Positions 12,571 through 25,821 of a stretch of DNA of 64,000 nt are shown in pieces. Below the pieces are notes generated by a model. That model ran no database searches. It was not told the origin of the DNA and saw only the letters and a list, made by a program, of their open reading frames with translations. A program made the position numbers and the translations under genes. Source of the stretch: Prorocentrum cordatum (lineage: Eukaryota); NCBI GenBank assembly GCA_963575745.1, contig CAUYUJ010000037.1, forward strand, positions 62,001 to 126,000. Reading direction: 5' to 3'. Position 1 is the stretch's first letter. Every line of letters begins with the position of its first letter.

Positions 12571-14661
12571 GGAATAGCAGGATGAGGACGGTACAGTTCT
12601 GGAAACCCTCAACGCTCCTCGTGCCTCCGAGCTCGGAGGTCAATGTGAGACCTAAGCCCAAAGGGCTGCGCACGGATACAAACGCTAGGGCAAGAATGGG
12701 ACGTCAGACACAAAGAGGAGAGGGGGAGGAGTGGCCACAAAAGACACCACAGACAGCCCGAGAGGGCCCCAAGACGGCCCAAGAGGCCCCCAAGACGGCC
12801 CAAGAGGGTCCCAGGAGGGGCCCAAGAGAAGCTCCAGAGAGGGAACACGAACGGACATTTCGAGCCCTCCGCCCCAAGACGACCGCCGAGACCACCAACA
12901 GGCCCCCAAGAAACCCCCCAGAATCTCTAGGAGACCCTTCAAGAAGCCCAAATCAGGCGCCCAAAACACTCCCGGTCACCAACGCTGCACCAGCATCAAC
13001 ATGTTTCAGGACCGAAAAGGTTCAGATTGCAGATACACATATACTACATAGCAACATTCGAATTCGACTCGGCTGCAGTGTCAGAGGAAGAGGAAAATAA
13101 AATTTGTGTTCAATCGTTGTGGAGAGGAACGGGAAGGGGGAAGAGAATGAAAAACAAAGTGAGGCGGGAGAAAAAGGGATGGAGCGAGAGAGGGAAAGAA
13201 AGAGAGAGGGGGGAAGGAGAAGCGGAGTGAGGTTGGGGGAGGGCGCTGAAGGGAGAGATGACGACGACGGGCACAATAAAGACGAAGAGGCACTTTGGGG
13301 AGGAAGATGACGAGGGGCGAAGTAGAGGAACAAAAAAGAGGAGGAGGAGGAGGAGGACGACGACGACGACGGCGAGAAGTAGGGGAGCGGAGAGGAGGGG
13401 AGGATAGGCACGACAGGGAGGAAAGAGGGACCGAACACGGAGGGGAGAGAACAGAAGGTGAAGAGACAGGTTTAGGAAGGATCTGATGGTGTGCTCAACA
13501 GAAATATCCCGCGACAATATGATTGCGCCGCCTTGTCTCCACAAAATTTCCACAGCCGCTTGCAGGATTTGTACACGCATCCACCTTTCAAGCCTGGAGC
13601 CGAACATGCTAGTGGGAAAAGACTCGCCAGTCGGAAAAACAACGACCAAACAGCAACAAGCATGCTTGGTGGGGATGCATCCAGCAAACGCCACTGAAAG
13701 TTGTTGAAGACAGAAATGCGCCGCCGTGCCGTGGGCACGCTGGGCGTGTCAAAATGCTGCTCTGTCGTCTGGCATTGCTTGTTTAATGCTTCTGGGGCCG
13801 TTCCACGCTACCTCGTAGCGCGAGTCGCCAGGAAACCGTCTCCGTGGTTTTGCAGTCTGGCGCGCCTTCCATCTTGCATATAAGCTACAGGTCAGCTCAA
13901 AATCATCAGAAACGCTCTCTGAAAGCCGCAAGAGCATCCAAAGACGGCCCAAGGAGCACCCAAAGGCTCCAAGACGCACCCTGAATTTGTGTTGCATCCT
14001 CAGGGGACATTGTCTGTCCCGTCGCGCCACGATCCACGTCGAATCCGTGTCGAATCCGTGTCGAATCCGAGTCGAGCGCGTCGAGTCCGTGTCGAATCCG
14101 TGCCGAATCCACGTCCACATCCGCTTCGAACCCACGTCGGAGTCCAAGAGAAGACTGCCATTGAAGGACAGGAAAGGTCCCCCGAAGATGCAACGCAACC
14201 CAAGACGTGCCCAGGAGGCCCCAAGGAACTTCCAAAATGGACTCTCAAAAAAGACCTCCGGCGAGGCTGGCAGGGGCGGAAACCACTGCAGAGCCTCCTC
14301 CTCCTCCTCCTTCGAAGGGGCGGAAACGACTGCAAAACCTGCTCATCCGTGTGCTTTTCTCGCGAGGCACTTCGGCTGCCTCCTCGCCTCGGGAAAGAGA
14401 CACCTCGAGAACCTCGATATACTACCCGAGACGGGCCAAGAGGACTCCAGGACGGCCCCGTCACCGAGGGAACGAGGTCAGACCGCGCGCTGCACTGGCG
14501 TGGGTCTTAAACCTAACCTCCCTAAAGCTACGCTGCCTGCGCTGGCGCGGCAGCGGGGGGTTTGCCGCAGGCAGCTGGATAAACAGGTTCGCTAGTCATA
14601 AAATGCTCCAAAAGAGTACAAAGGAGCCCAGCACAGCACCATCATTCGAGAAAGGAACAAC

Positions 14662-14805
14662 GCCATAAACATAAACATTTGGCGCTCCGCGCGGATTTTT
14701 TGGGATCTGCGCTGGACCCCGCTCCCTGGCGCGCGGGGCGCCGCCAGGGGGCCCAGCGCGGATCCAAGAAATCCGCTCGGAGCGCCAAAAGTTTATGTTT
14801 ATGGC
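14662..14805. mobile_element. MITE-like foldback, ~58-bp inverted arms
   Basis: gccataaacataaacatttggcgctccgcgcggattttttgggatc...gatccaagaaatccgctcggagcgccaaaagtttatgtttatggc; related sequence at ~15810-15900. Confidence 0.8.
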
Positions 14806-15234
14806 ATTTTCTTCTTCGATCATGGAAAGGCACCCTGACGAAGAGGCTCTCAGCGCGGTTAACATGGGAGGCAGGGCAAGCCTGGCCGTCTACAGCAGAA
14901 AGTGAAAGGGTGTTCTTCAGACCTACGGTGAGCGAGTCACTGCCACATATCGTGTCGCTTCCGCTGCAGCTCGCGACGCCTTAGCTGTTGGCACCCCATC
15001 GCCATTCTCTCCCGACGTGATCCCCATCAACTGCAGACATGTGAAAGAAGCACTGATGGAACTCACGGTGGTAGCGATCGGTCATCAATGCCAGTGAACT
15101 TCCTTACATGGCCCCTGGTAACGTACGAACCTGAATTAGGGGCAATGCATGATGAAGGCGTGTGTGGCACATTGAGCTCGCAGAAACTTCTTGACGAGAA
15201 AATGAAAGCTCTATCTGAAAATCATGCTACCGGC

Positions 15235-15760
15235 AGGGCCTCAGTGGGCAGCGTGGTGGGGCCTCTGTGGGCGCGCTCGGAGCCCCAGTGGGCTGTGTCA
15301 GGGGCCTCAGTGGGCAGTGTGGCGGGGCCTCTGTGGACGCGCTCGGGGACCTCTGTGGGCTGCATGCGGGGCCCGAGTGGGCAGCGTGGCGGTGCCTCTC
15401 GGGATGCGCTCGGGGCCTCTGCGGGGGGCCTCCATGGCGCTCCAGCGGTGCCACGCTCACACAGTTTTCCAAGGCGCTCCCAGGAGAGCCCGAAAGCGGC
15501 GACAGAAACTCAGGCCTCCTCCGCCTTCTCCTCCTCCTCCTCCTCCTCCTCCTCCTCCTCCTCCTCCTCCTCCTCCTCCTCGTCCTCCTCCTCCTCCTCA
15601 TCCTCCTCCTCCTCCTCCTCCTCCTCCTCCTCCGCCTCCGCCTCCGCCTCCTCCTCCTCGTCCTCCTCTGCCTCCTCCTCCTCCTCCTCCTCTCCTCCTC
15701 CTTCCCACCTCCTTTCCCTCCTCCTTCCACTCCTCCTTCTCCTCCTTCTCCTCCTCCTCC
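15235..15760 (+). repeat. ~21-bp GC-rich minisatellite (ggggcctc(a/t)gtgggc..) followed by a (CCT)n tract
   Basis: Direct reading. Confidence 0.85.
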
Positions 15761-17228
15761 TCTGCCCGCACTAGAGGGACAAAAAACTGCGTAAGCGCAA
15801 ACGCTCGACGGTGCGAGCGGACTTCTTGGATCCGCGCTGGGCCCCCTTCAAAGCGCGCCAGGGGCGGGGAGCCCAGCGCCCCGATCCGAGAAATCCGCGC
15901 GGATCGTCGGAAGTCGTTTCTTCTTCGACTCCAGAGAAATCCGCGGAAATCGTTTCTTCGTCGGAAATCCAGAGAAATCCGCGGAAATCGTTTCTTCTTC
16001 TTCGTCTTCGTTTCTTCGTCGGAAATCCGCGCGGATCCCCTGAGAGCGCTGCGAGTCCAGCCAAAGAAGAAGTGGATATCCGCGGCCCGAGCGCGTGGGA
16101 TTCGGACTCCTACGTTGCCAACTCACGGGAGCCTACCATACCATCTTGTCGGCCCTTGCGAATCGACGCTAGTCGACGCTAAATCGACGCTAGTCCACGT
16201 TACATAAACGCTGGCCGACGCTTACTGACGCTAGATCGGCGCTATCTCATCGACTCCTCGACGCTATTCGACGCTAGTCGACGCCAAAGAAGGACTTGAA
16301 AGGATACACCAGGCTCCCGTGATTTGCTACCGAAACAGCGTGTTGTCGCCAAGTTTTCTGTTCTTCGCAGTCTGCAGGGCTCGGGCCACCACATGCCCCG
16401 ATCGGGGGCTGCTTCATGGGGGGGGGCAGTAAACGGGGGGCGCGAGGCAAGCCGACGTTCCAATGTTGTTGGGTAAATGATGATCGTCGCCCGCCGTCGA
16501 TGGCACCGTGCACGATTTGCGTGGTGCTCGAGGGGGCTCCTTGATCACGTTCTGTTGGTTCCGCCGAGCTCTGCCGCCGGTGTGCCGTCCGGGCGCCTGC
16601 CTTCTCTGTCTCTCTGCGCGAAGACAGGCGCATCCTTCGTGCACCGTCTGGGCCCCAGGGGCCCCCTTTGGACCCCTTGTGGGGCCCGGTTTCCGAAAAG
16701 GGGAGAGTTCATCCATCGATTTCTTCGGCACTTCTTGTTCTGAGAATGTGAGGCGGTGAACCCCATCCAGGACCGCATCGCGACAGTCACGGGCGCTGAT
16801 CTCAGCGAAAACGCCCGACGCAACAATGCAGAAGATCTTCTGTAAAGTGCGCGAATAAATGCTAGAATAATCGAGTGGAACCGCGGGGGTTTTCGGACAC
16901 CTACCAGAAAACGGCCGAAATCCGAGCTCATACAAGCACGTGGGCGAGGATGTATCAGGCGAAATCGTGACGCATGTAGAAACGCCAAAGGAAACCACAC
17001 AGAACCGCGGCATTCTCAGAATGCATACAGGACAACGCCAGAAACCGCTCTGAAGACCGCGGATACTCGAAGAAATCCTCAGCGAAATCTGCATCTGGGG
17101 CCGTACCCCAGGATCCTGCGTTGTATTCATCTGTGTCGATTGATATGTCCATCGATCGATCTACATACGTGTACAAAAAAAGAAATACATATATAAAGAT
17201 ATTCCTAGTTTTTCTCTTGCACAGGGTG

Positions 17229-18620
17229 TCCGCCGACCCCTTGGGGATCATCGGCGTGTGAGATTCCTCCCCCTCCCCAAACCCCTCCCCCGGGAGCCTG
17301 GTCCGGTCGATTTGGAGGGGGGGGGGGAGGGTGCCCGGCCGGATTCCCCGGCGCGGCCCGGGGGGGGTCAACCGCTCCAGAGAATCTGCTGGGGGGGCCG
17401 AAAACGAGCTAAGAGGCTCCCAAGAAGCTCCCAAGACGGTCCAAGAGGGCCCCGAGACGCTCAAGATGGCCTCCAGACGGCCCAAGATGCCGCCAAGACG
17501 CTCCAAGAGGCTTCCAAGAGGCCTCCCAAGAGGGCTCCAAGAGGCCAAAATCGTTGACTTTCACTCGTTTTTTCAAAGTTTTTGGCCTTCTAGTTTTTGG
17601 CGTTTTCCGACGCTCCAAGACGGCGCAGGAGGCCCCCAAGACGGCCCCAAAACGACCGAAGAGGCCCCCAAGTGGGCCCCAAGACGGCTGAAGAGAGCGT
17701 CAGGACGGCCCAAGAGGGCCTCAAGACAGCCCAAGAGGGCCCCAAGAGGGGCCCAAGACAGGCTCCAGACGGAGACCACGAACCTAAATTTCTACCTCTC
17801 TGGCCCAAAATTCAACCAGGAGGCCCCAAGAGGCCCCCAAGAGGCCCCAAGAGGCCCCCATGAGGCTCCCAAGAAGCCCAAAAGAGACCCCAAGAGGCCC
17901 CAAAACAGCTCCCCAGAATCCTCCAAACTGCCTCTCGTAGGCCTCCGACAAGATTTTCACGATGGCGCCTTTCCGTCGCCGCCCTCGTCTTTCGCGTCGT
18001 GTTTGCCTGCTGTTGTTCACCCTCGTCTGTCGCCCCGTCTTCCCCCCCCCTCAGCTTTCTTCCCTCCACCACCTCACCTTCCACCCTCTCCGCCTTTTGC
18101 TCCTCCCCCCGTCCTCGCTCCTCCACGTCCCCCTGTCCATCCCGTCCCCAGTAGTCAGATGCCTCGCAACTTCCGTGTCTTGTCGCAGTGCCCGTCACTT
18201 GGGTCCGCCGGGCGTTTCGGAGGGTCTCTTCGCGGCGCTCGTCCCGCTTTGAAGCACCTCGCGCACACCACTGGGGTGTTTCGCTTGAAATAATTATTCT
18301 TCTGGTCTCTCGAACGGGCCAAGAGCCGCCCAAGACGGCCCAACAGAGACCCAAGACGGTCCCAACAGGGGCCCAAGACAGCCCAAGAGGCGGCCAAGAC
18401 GGCCCAAAAGAGCCCCACAACGCCACAGGAAGCACTTAGAGGCCTCTAAGAGGCACCAAGAGGCCACCAAGAGGCGCACACGAGGCCGAAAGAGACACCT
18501 CTGAGGCATAAAATATGCTTCAAACCGGGCTCCCAAAGGCACCGACACCGACACCATGAGCGAAGGCGACGCGCCGCGAGCCCCCCCAGGGGGTCGGCGG
18601 TGTGGCGTAAGCCCAAGAAC
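17229..18620 (+). mobile_element. Asymmetric-arm/hairpin element with CCAAGA core
   Basis: Head CCGCCGACCCC (17230-17240); inverted arm GGGGTCGGCGG (18590-18600); then TGT and hairpin GGC-GTAA-GCC (18604-18613). Confidence 0.65.
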
Positions 18621-18629
18621 CTAGAGCTC

Positions 18630-19290
18630 CGACTACTTTATTCCGCGTCGCACCCCCCCCCCGCGTCCCCAGCGCCAAAGTGGGACCTCCGCGCCGTGGC
18701 TCTCTGCCCCGAACCCCCCGCGTCCCCAGCGCCCCAGCGGGAGCCCCGCCCACTGCCCCCTCCGCCACGAACGCTATATTCCGCGTCGCACACACACACA
18801 CACACACACCGCGTCCCCAGCGCCAGAGTGGGACCCCCGCGCCGTGGCTCTCTGCCCCGAGACCCCCGCGTCCCCAGCGCCCCAGCGGGAGCCCCGCCCA
18901 CTGCCCCCTCCGCCACGAAAGCTTTATCCCGCGTCGCGACGCACACCACCTCCCCCACCTCCCTCCCCGCGTCCCCAGCGCCCCAGCGGGGGCTCCGCCC
19001 CGTGCCCCCTCCGCCCCGACAATTTGATTCCGCGTCGCGACGCACACCACCTCCTCCCCTCCCCCCCCGTCCCCAGCGCCCCAGTTGGACCCCGGCCCCG
19101 TGGCCCTCTGCCCCAAGCCCCGTCCAGTGCCCCCTCCGCCACGACCATTTTATTCCGCGTCGCGACGCACACCACCCCCCCCCCCTCTCCGCGCCCCCAG
19201 CGCCCCAGTGGGACCTCCGCCCCTTGCCCCCTCCGCTCCGAGCACTTTATTATGCGTCGCGACGCACACCACCTCCCCCCCCCTCCCCAC
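18630..19290 (+). repeat. Degenerate C-rich minisatellite, ~110-150 bp unit
   Basis: Recurrent ttattccgcgtcgcgacgcacacc and cgtccccagcgccccag. Confidence 0.85.
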
Positions 19291-19539
19291 CTGGGACTTG
19301 GGCCCCGTTGCTGGGCCCCGAGGGGCGATGTGTTGCCCCCTCTTCCCCCCTCCTCCTCCACCTCCTCCTCCCCCTTCCTTTTTGTGCAAGAGCCATGGCA
19401 CACGTGCCACTTGTATATATTTATAGGGCCGGGAACCCCGGAAAAAGCGCGCGCACACACACACACACACACCTAACGAGTTTCGGACTCCCCGGGCTGC
19501 TTGAAGCCCCCCCGGGCTGCTCGGACGCCCTTGGAAAGG

Positions 19540-20150
19540 GTTCATTCAGCTTTCCGGCCTTCTCGGAAGGTCCAAAGAGGCCTCCAATATTACCCAAGAC
19601 AGCTCGTCGACAGTTCCAAAGCACACCAAAACCTTCAACATGGCTTCCAAACGCCCCAAGAGGCCTCCAAGAGGCTTCCCAAGAGGGCCCGAAGAGGCAA
19701 AATGCATTGATGTTTCAATAGTTTTTGAAGGCTTGTTCGGTTTTCGCTTTTTCCGGGACACGAACGGCCCAAGACGGCCCAAGAGGCTCCAAAGATCGTC
19801 CCAACACGGCCCAAGAGGCCCCCCAAAGGGCTCGAAAACGACCCAAGAGAGCCCCTAGACGGCCCAGAGGGCCCGAAAACTACCAAGGGAGCCCCAAGAC
19901 GGCCCCAAGAGAGCCTCAGGAGCACCCCAAGAAGCTCCCAAGAGGGCCCCAAGACAGCCCGAAGACGGCCGAAGGCCTCCAAGACGCTGCAAGACGGCCC
20001 GAAAGGGCCCCAAAGCGGCCCAAGAGAGTCCCAAAAGGGCCCCCAAGAAGGCCCAAAGAGGCAACATTCACTGATTTGTTGAAAATGTTTGAATGATTTT
20101 TCGGTTTTCGCTTTATCGGGCCACGAACGGCCCAAGACGGCCCAAGAGCG
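19540..20150 (+). repeat. CCAAGA-family dispersed repeat (further patches at ~1420-1580 minus, 12750-12960, 54233-54490)
   Basis: ggcccaagacggcccaagaggc units. Confidence 0.85.
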
Positions 20151-20459
20151 TTTTACATGGAATTTACCTGTAAAGAAGTTGTTGCACGGATGTAGACATG
20201 GTTTAACATGAAATTACCGTGTAAAACGAGCGTCAAACGCTCTTGGGACGTTCAGACGTTGGAAGGCGTTGTCACTTGATATCCATACGTGCATACATAC
20301 GGACACATTCACATGTGCACACACATCCCCCCCGAACGCATCTCGGACTCCCCGGGCTGCTGGGAAGCAAGCCCCTTCCCGGGCTGCTCGACCTGCTGGG
20401 AAGCTCCCCGGGGGCTGCTCGGACGCTCTTGTAACGGGGTTATTCGACCTTCCGGCCTG

Positions 20460-21300
20460 AGGTGTTCAGACCACTCTTGGCTTGAGACTCCCTCGCACAG
20501 CTGACTTCGGAGATGACCTGCCCCGTAATGCTCGGGCCAATTTCGCCTGAGACATCCTCGCAACGTCAACCTCGAATACGCCTTGCCGCGTAGCAATCAG
20601 ACACGTAGCACTCCGACACGTTCACAAGGCCTCCTGAACTTTCCCAAAGGTTCTGGCGGCGCCCGTCGTTGAGTCCCTATCAGGTCCGCCTGTCTTTCAA
20701 CGCTCTCGGAGGCCAGCTCCCAGCGTCTTGCATCCGCGTCAGTTCCAGCCTCCATGCCATGATTTCCGATCCTGAGCGTTCGTGCCTGCCTGTCCTCGGG
20801 TCCGCGGGACTCCTCCCATTACTCTTTCCCTTCGCCTTCCTCCTTCCCACTGTCGGCTGAGACATCCTCGCAACTCTGACCCCAGAGAAGCCCTGCCCCA
20901 AGGTTGTCCGGCCACTTCCGCTTGAGACCTTCTCGCAACTCTGGGTTCTGGGGTTCCCCGAGCTGAGGTGTACCGGCCACTTTCGCTAGAAACATCCTCG
21001 CAACTCTGGATTCCGAGATGCCCTGCCGCAGAGTAGTCCGCCACTTTCACCTGAGACATCCTCGCAACTTTGGATTCAGGGATGCCCTGAGCTGAGGTGT
21101 TCAGGCCATTTTCGTTTGAGACATCCTCGCAATTCCGGGTTCGGGTATGTCCTCAGCTGAGGTGGTCAGTTCACTTTCGCTTGAAACATCCTCGCAACGC
21201 TGACATCGGAGATGCATTGCCCCGTAGTAGTCTGGCTACTTTCGCCTGAGACCCTCGCACCTCTGAGTTGCGAGATGCCCTGAGCAGGCAGTCAGGCCAT
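20460..21300 (+). repeat. 65-bp minisatellite, interrupted at ~20600-20850
   Basis: ga(g/a)acatcctcgcaac at ~20859, 20924, 20988, 21053, 21118, 21183. Confidence 0.85.
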
Positions 21301-21583
21301 TACCTCCTCACATACGCATGTGTATGCGCACCCATCATTACATATGGGCGCGTGCACCAACAAACACCTGCGATTGACATATACATACACATACACATGC
21401 TTATATGGAATGTATACACATATACAACAGCATACATGTTTGGTATACACATAGATGTGTGCAGAGCGTGCATGCGCGAGCGAGTGTATACATGCATGCA
21501 CGCATGTACGTACGCACGCACCCCGCTTGCGTGCGAAACTCTGAGGACCAAGGTGCATGGCGCGCAGCGCCAATGCATCCTTG

Positions 21584-21619
<36 letters not shown>

Positions 21620-22156
21620 CACGGTGGGGAGCACCACCGCCGTCTGCCGCTGGCTGCCGCTGCAGTCAAACCATGTAATAAGGATGCGCGGATGCAAGGG
21701 CCTTGGAGGGCCATGCTAACGGTTTTCGGGCGAGGTTGGCCAGTGAAAGTCGCTCAGGATGTGCCGAAGGGTCAAGGATGCAAGGGCAGCCCTGGAAAGG
21801 TTGCCCATCCATACTATGCGGGTTGACTGTATCTCCGCCGCCATCGCCATCGCCGCCAGCAACCTCGCCACCCATCCTCGCCAGCATCGTCAGCGCCGCC
21901 TCCGCTGCTGTCGCCGCCGTCACCCTCGCCGCCGCGGGGTCCTCGCCACGGGTTGCTCGCCGTCGTCGAGCATGCTCGAGCCAGAAGAGTGCCTGCTCGG
22001 CCCACATTGCCCGAGGGAGACGGGTGCTGGACCACGGGGCTGTCCCCTGGGGCCAGCTCTGTCGCCCTGAGACGATTTAGATCGTCCTGGGGCCCGTGGA
22101 GGGCCCCGGGAGCCCGAAAACGGCCGAAAACCTTCCGCACACGTCTCCCTCGGGAC

Positions 22157-22347
22157 CCGTCTGCGCTTCATGGAGAGCATCCCCCTCTCCTTCGACCGAG
22201 CCGTCCGAGGGCGGGGCGCAGGGGTGTCGGCCCTGTCGGTGATGCGGCGCCTCGCCTGCGACCTGCGCTCCCCGAAGTCGGTGGGCCTCCGGCCTGGTCT
22301 GCCCGACTCGTCGGTGGCCTTCCGGTCCACGCCCGCGCCGCCAGGAC
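22157..22347 (-). CDS. Candidate exon of host gene (PGGAGVDRKATDESGRPGRRPTDFGERRSQARRRITDRADTPAPRPRTARSKERGMLSMKRRR)
   Basis: AG|G acceptor, strong GC3 bias, non-repetitive island; GERRSQ motif shared with the 38249-38368 exon; donor uncertain. Confidence 0.5.
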
Positions 22348-22435
22348 CTCGACGACGACGACGACGAAGACGAAGACGAAGACGACGACGATGACGTCAG
22401 CGCCTACGCCTACGCCTACGCCTACGCCTACGCCT

Positions 22436-22470
<35 letters not shown>

Positions 22471-23890
22471 AGCACCGACGACGAACGCGGCGACGACGAC
22501 TACACCGACGCCGACGCCGATAACGACCACGACCACGGCCACGACCAAGACGACGGCGACCGCGACGGCGACCGCGGCGGCGACGACGACGGCGGCGGCG
22601 GCGGTGGCGGGGGTGGCGGCGGGGTCGGCATGGTTCGTTTTGCTTCTGCTGCTGGTGCCGCGTCCGCTCCCTCCTCCAGCGCCGCATCCTTTTCACCTTC
22701 TGCCTCCCTTTCGTCCTCCCCCCAACCCTTCTCATCCTCCTCCTGCCTCCTCCCCCTCCTCCTGCCTCCTCCCCCTCCTCATCCAGCCACCTACCCCTGG
22801 GATCTTCGAGCGGCGGGCGGTTGGCTTCCACGAAAAGATGCCCTCGTGAGCCTCCATTCCAGACCTTGGGGAAGAAGGGCGGAAAAGATCTCTGATGTGG
22901 GGGAAAAAGCGAACGATAACACGGCGGGACGGCGAAGGACCAATGCTGAGGCAGACGCGGGCAGGTGCTCTTGGAAGAATGCGCATGGTGCGCGAATGGT
23001 GCAAAAGCCTTGCACATGGTTTCACCCTCCGCCTCCCCTTCCGCTCATTCCTCCCTCCCTCCATCCATCCATCCATCCCACCCTCCCACACTCCCACCCT
23101 CCCTCCCTCCCTCCCTCCATCCATCCCTTGTTCTCTCTCTCCCTCCCTCCCTCCATCCATCCATCCCTACCTCCCTCCTCCTCCTGGTCCTCTCCTTCTT
23201 ACTACTACTGTTTGTTTATCATCATCAGCATTATTAGTATGATTAGCATTACTAACTGAATAGTAATAGTATTACTACCACTAATAGTACAACTAGTGTT
23301 ATTAGTATTAGTCGAACTATTAGTATTCTTAATATGAAGAGTCCTAGTATTACTAAGATTGCGATTATGCTGACCAATTGCACTCGTCGCATAGTAATGA
23401 AAAGCAATCCGATCAAAGAATATACATAGTATGACTACTCTCATGAGTAGTAATATCAGTCTTGAAATTTGGATTTGTAGAGGACTAGAAATATTAATAT
23501 TCATGATGAGCGTCTTGTTAGTAGTCGCGTTACTCATATTCTTCGTATAACAAATCGTCACACTAATACTTGAGTACTACTCATAACATCACTACGAGTA
23601 GTATTCATGACATCACTAATAATATGATTAGTGTTGTTAGTGATAGTACTGAAAGTACTAGTAGTCTCACTATTAGTGCGAACAAAAGTGTTGTTACAAG
23701 TATTAGTAGTGTCACTGTGATGTGCGATCGTACTCTTAGCATTTATAGGACTTATATTGTTCAAATAGCGAAATGATTAATATGATCATTGTTTTGGTCT
23801 TTACTTATTCTTACAAGTAAATATTAATATGACTATTCTTCGTATTGTTATTAGTGTTCTTCGTTTTGTGCTACGAATATTATTATCAAT

Positions 23891-24869
23891 ATCCGCCGGC
23901 CCCCTTGTGGGGCCACCAAGCTGCAGGGCTAAGATTCGCAGTTTTCTGTACCAGTTTCAGCTTCCAGTTTCCACTGTTACAGTTCTATTTCTTGCTGCTT
24001 ACCGTTCCTTCTTGACTTCTTGCTGCATACTGTTCCTTGTTGATGGACCGCGCGAGGGGGGGGAGGCCCAAAGCGGGCATTTTTACCACGCCATGAGAGT
24101 GTTGTCTGAATTGCTGGGGTGCGTAAAAATTTACACCCCTCACGCAGGTCGGCGGGGTCAGGGTCCAAAAGCATAAGGGATTTGCCACATTTCTGACATT
24201 CGGTGGCACCCATCACGCAGATCGGCGGGGTCAGGGTGCAGAAACACAAAGGATTTGCTACATTTCTAAAATTCGGCGGCACCCCTCACGCAGATCGACG
24301 GGGACAGGATCCAAAAACACAAGGGATTTGCAACATTTCGGAAATCCGGTGGCACCCCTCACGCAGATCGGTGGGGACAGGGTCCAAAAACACATGGGAT
24401 TTGCAACATTTCTTACATTCTGTGGCACCCCTCACGCAGATCGACGGGGTCAGGGTCCAAAAACACACCGGATTTGCTACATTTCTGATATTCGGTGGCA
24501 CCCCTCACGCAGATCGGCAGGGTCAGGGTCCAAAAACACACCGGATTTGCCACATTTCTGAAATTCGCAGCACCCCTCACGCAGATCGGCAGGGTCAGGA
24601 TCCAAAACATCGGGATTTGCCAAATTTCGGAAATTCGGCGGCACCCCTGACGCAGATCCGTAGGGTCAGTGTCCAAAAACACAAAAAGGATTTGCCACAT
24701 TTCTGAAATCCGGTGGCGCCCGTGACGCAGATCCGTAGGGTCAGGGTCGAAAGACAAACAGGTCCCGACACTGCTTCACGGCGGCGTCCAGACCTCATGA
24801 TTTAGTTCTTGCATCTCCCATTATCCGAGAGACAGGGGGCCGGCGGCATGGGGCGAAGCCCTTACGGAT
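23891..24869 (+). mobile_element. Complete asymmetric-arm/hairpin element carrying a 73-bp central tandem repeat
   Basis: Head AT-CCGCCGGCCCCCT (23893-23905); perfect inverted arm AGGGGGCCGGCGG (24834-24846); hairpin GGGC-GAA-GCCC (24851-24861); tail TTACGGAT; ~8.5 x 73-bp units at 24134-24750; AT-rich flanks. Confidence 0.8.
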
Positions 24870-25153
24870 TATCATTGGAAAACATATGGTAAAATATTAT
24901 TCATACTGTATGGATTGTTATGAGTCTTCGCCATAGTATTGGTGTTTCTATTAATAAAAATGATTAACATGAATAGCCCTATTGTTATTCTATCAATATT
25001 ACGATACCTGATTGTATTATTATTACTCCTCCTCCTCCTCCTCCCGAGGAGGAGGAGGACGACGACGACGACGACGACAACGAAGGAGGGAGAAGGCGAG
25101 GAGAAGGCGGAGTGGGGACTCCCCTTGCCGAGGAATTGGCAAGCCAGGGGGGC

Positions 25154-25221
25154 CTCGGACGCGGTCGCTCCTGTGCCGGGTCTGCAGCCGCAGGCCGGTC
25201 GGCGGGTCTCCGCGCAGGCTC
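25154..25221 (-). CDS. Candidate exon (SLRGDPPTGLRLQTRHRSDRVR)
   Basis: ccccag|G acceptor, AG|gc donor, GC3-rich, phase-compatible with neighbouring candidates. Confidence 0.4.
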
Positions 25222-25742
25222 CTGGGGGAGCACAGACATGTGCGGATGCCGCTGATCGTCCCCAGGGCTCCCCTGGTCTCCGACGGCACCGTGGATTACG
25301 ACCTCGCATGCCGGGCCCAGAATCCGAATCCGGGAGGAGAGAACACCCCCTGGGAAGAGGTCCGGTCAAAGGCAAGGGGACACGGGGGGGTATCAGTGGA
25401 TCTCGAAGTGGGTTATAACTGGCCTAAGCGAGCTTGTAAGTGGGTCACTCGTACTCAACATGCGTTAGGGGGGTTCACCATCCATGCCGAATGAGCTCCG
25501 CACACTTGGCGGAGTTACCTAGCCCCCCTCCCCCCCCGAAGCCACGTGGCGCATGCGGAACCAACTCGTAAACCAGCGAAGGCCGGACATGACCTACCTT
25601 GGCATCCACTGACTGCCCCCCTATCCCCTCAGCATCTTACCTGAGCACCCCCTTTCGCCCATCCCAGTGCCTCCAAACCTCTCGACCCCTCACCCAGCAG
25701 GCCAGAAGCGTGGCTCCCGCTAAATAGGCTGGGGTTGCCAGC

Positions 25743-25821
25743 CTCCCCGCCGCGGTGGCGGTGCGCTGCGCGGAGGAGGCTGGCGCCCCCGCCCCCGCCC
25801 CCGCCGCGCCCACTGAGGGGC
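25743..25821 (-). CDS. Candidate exon (PSVGAAGAGAGAPASSAQRTATAAG)
   Basis: AG|G acceptor, AG|gc donor; phases fit 27410-27480 upstream and 25154-25221 downstream. Confidence 0.35.

Noticed and set aside
13455..15230. Unique islands at 13.5-13.9 and 14.8-15.2 kb as possible coding relics
   Set aside because: No identifiable motif
16414..17130. 238-aa minus-strand ORF, possible exon at ~16.65-16.8 kb
   Set aside because: No convincing AG|G/donor pair or homology
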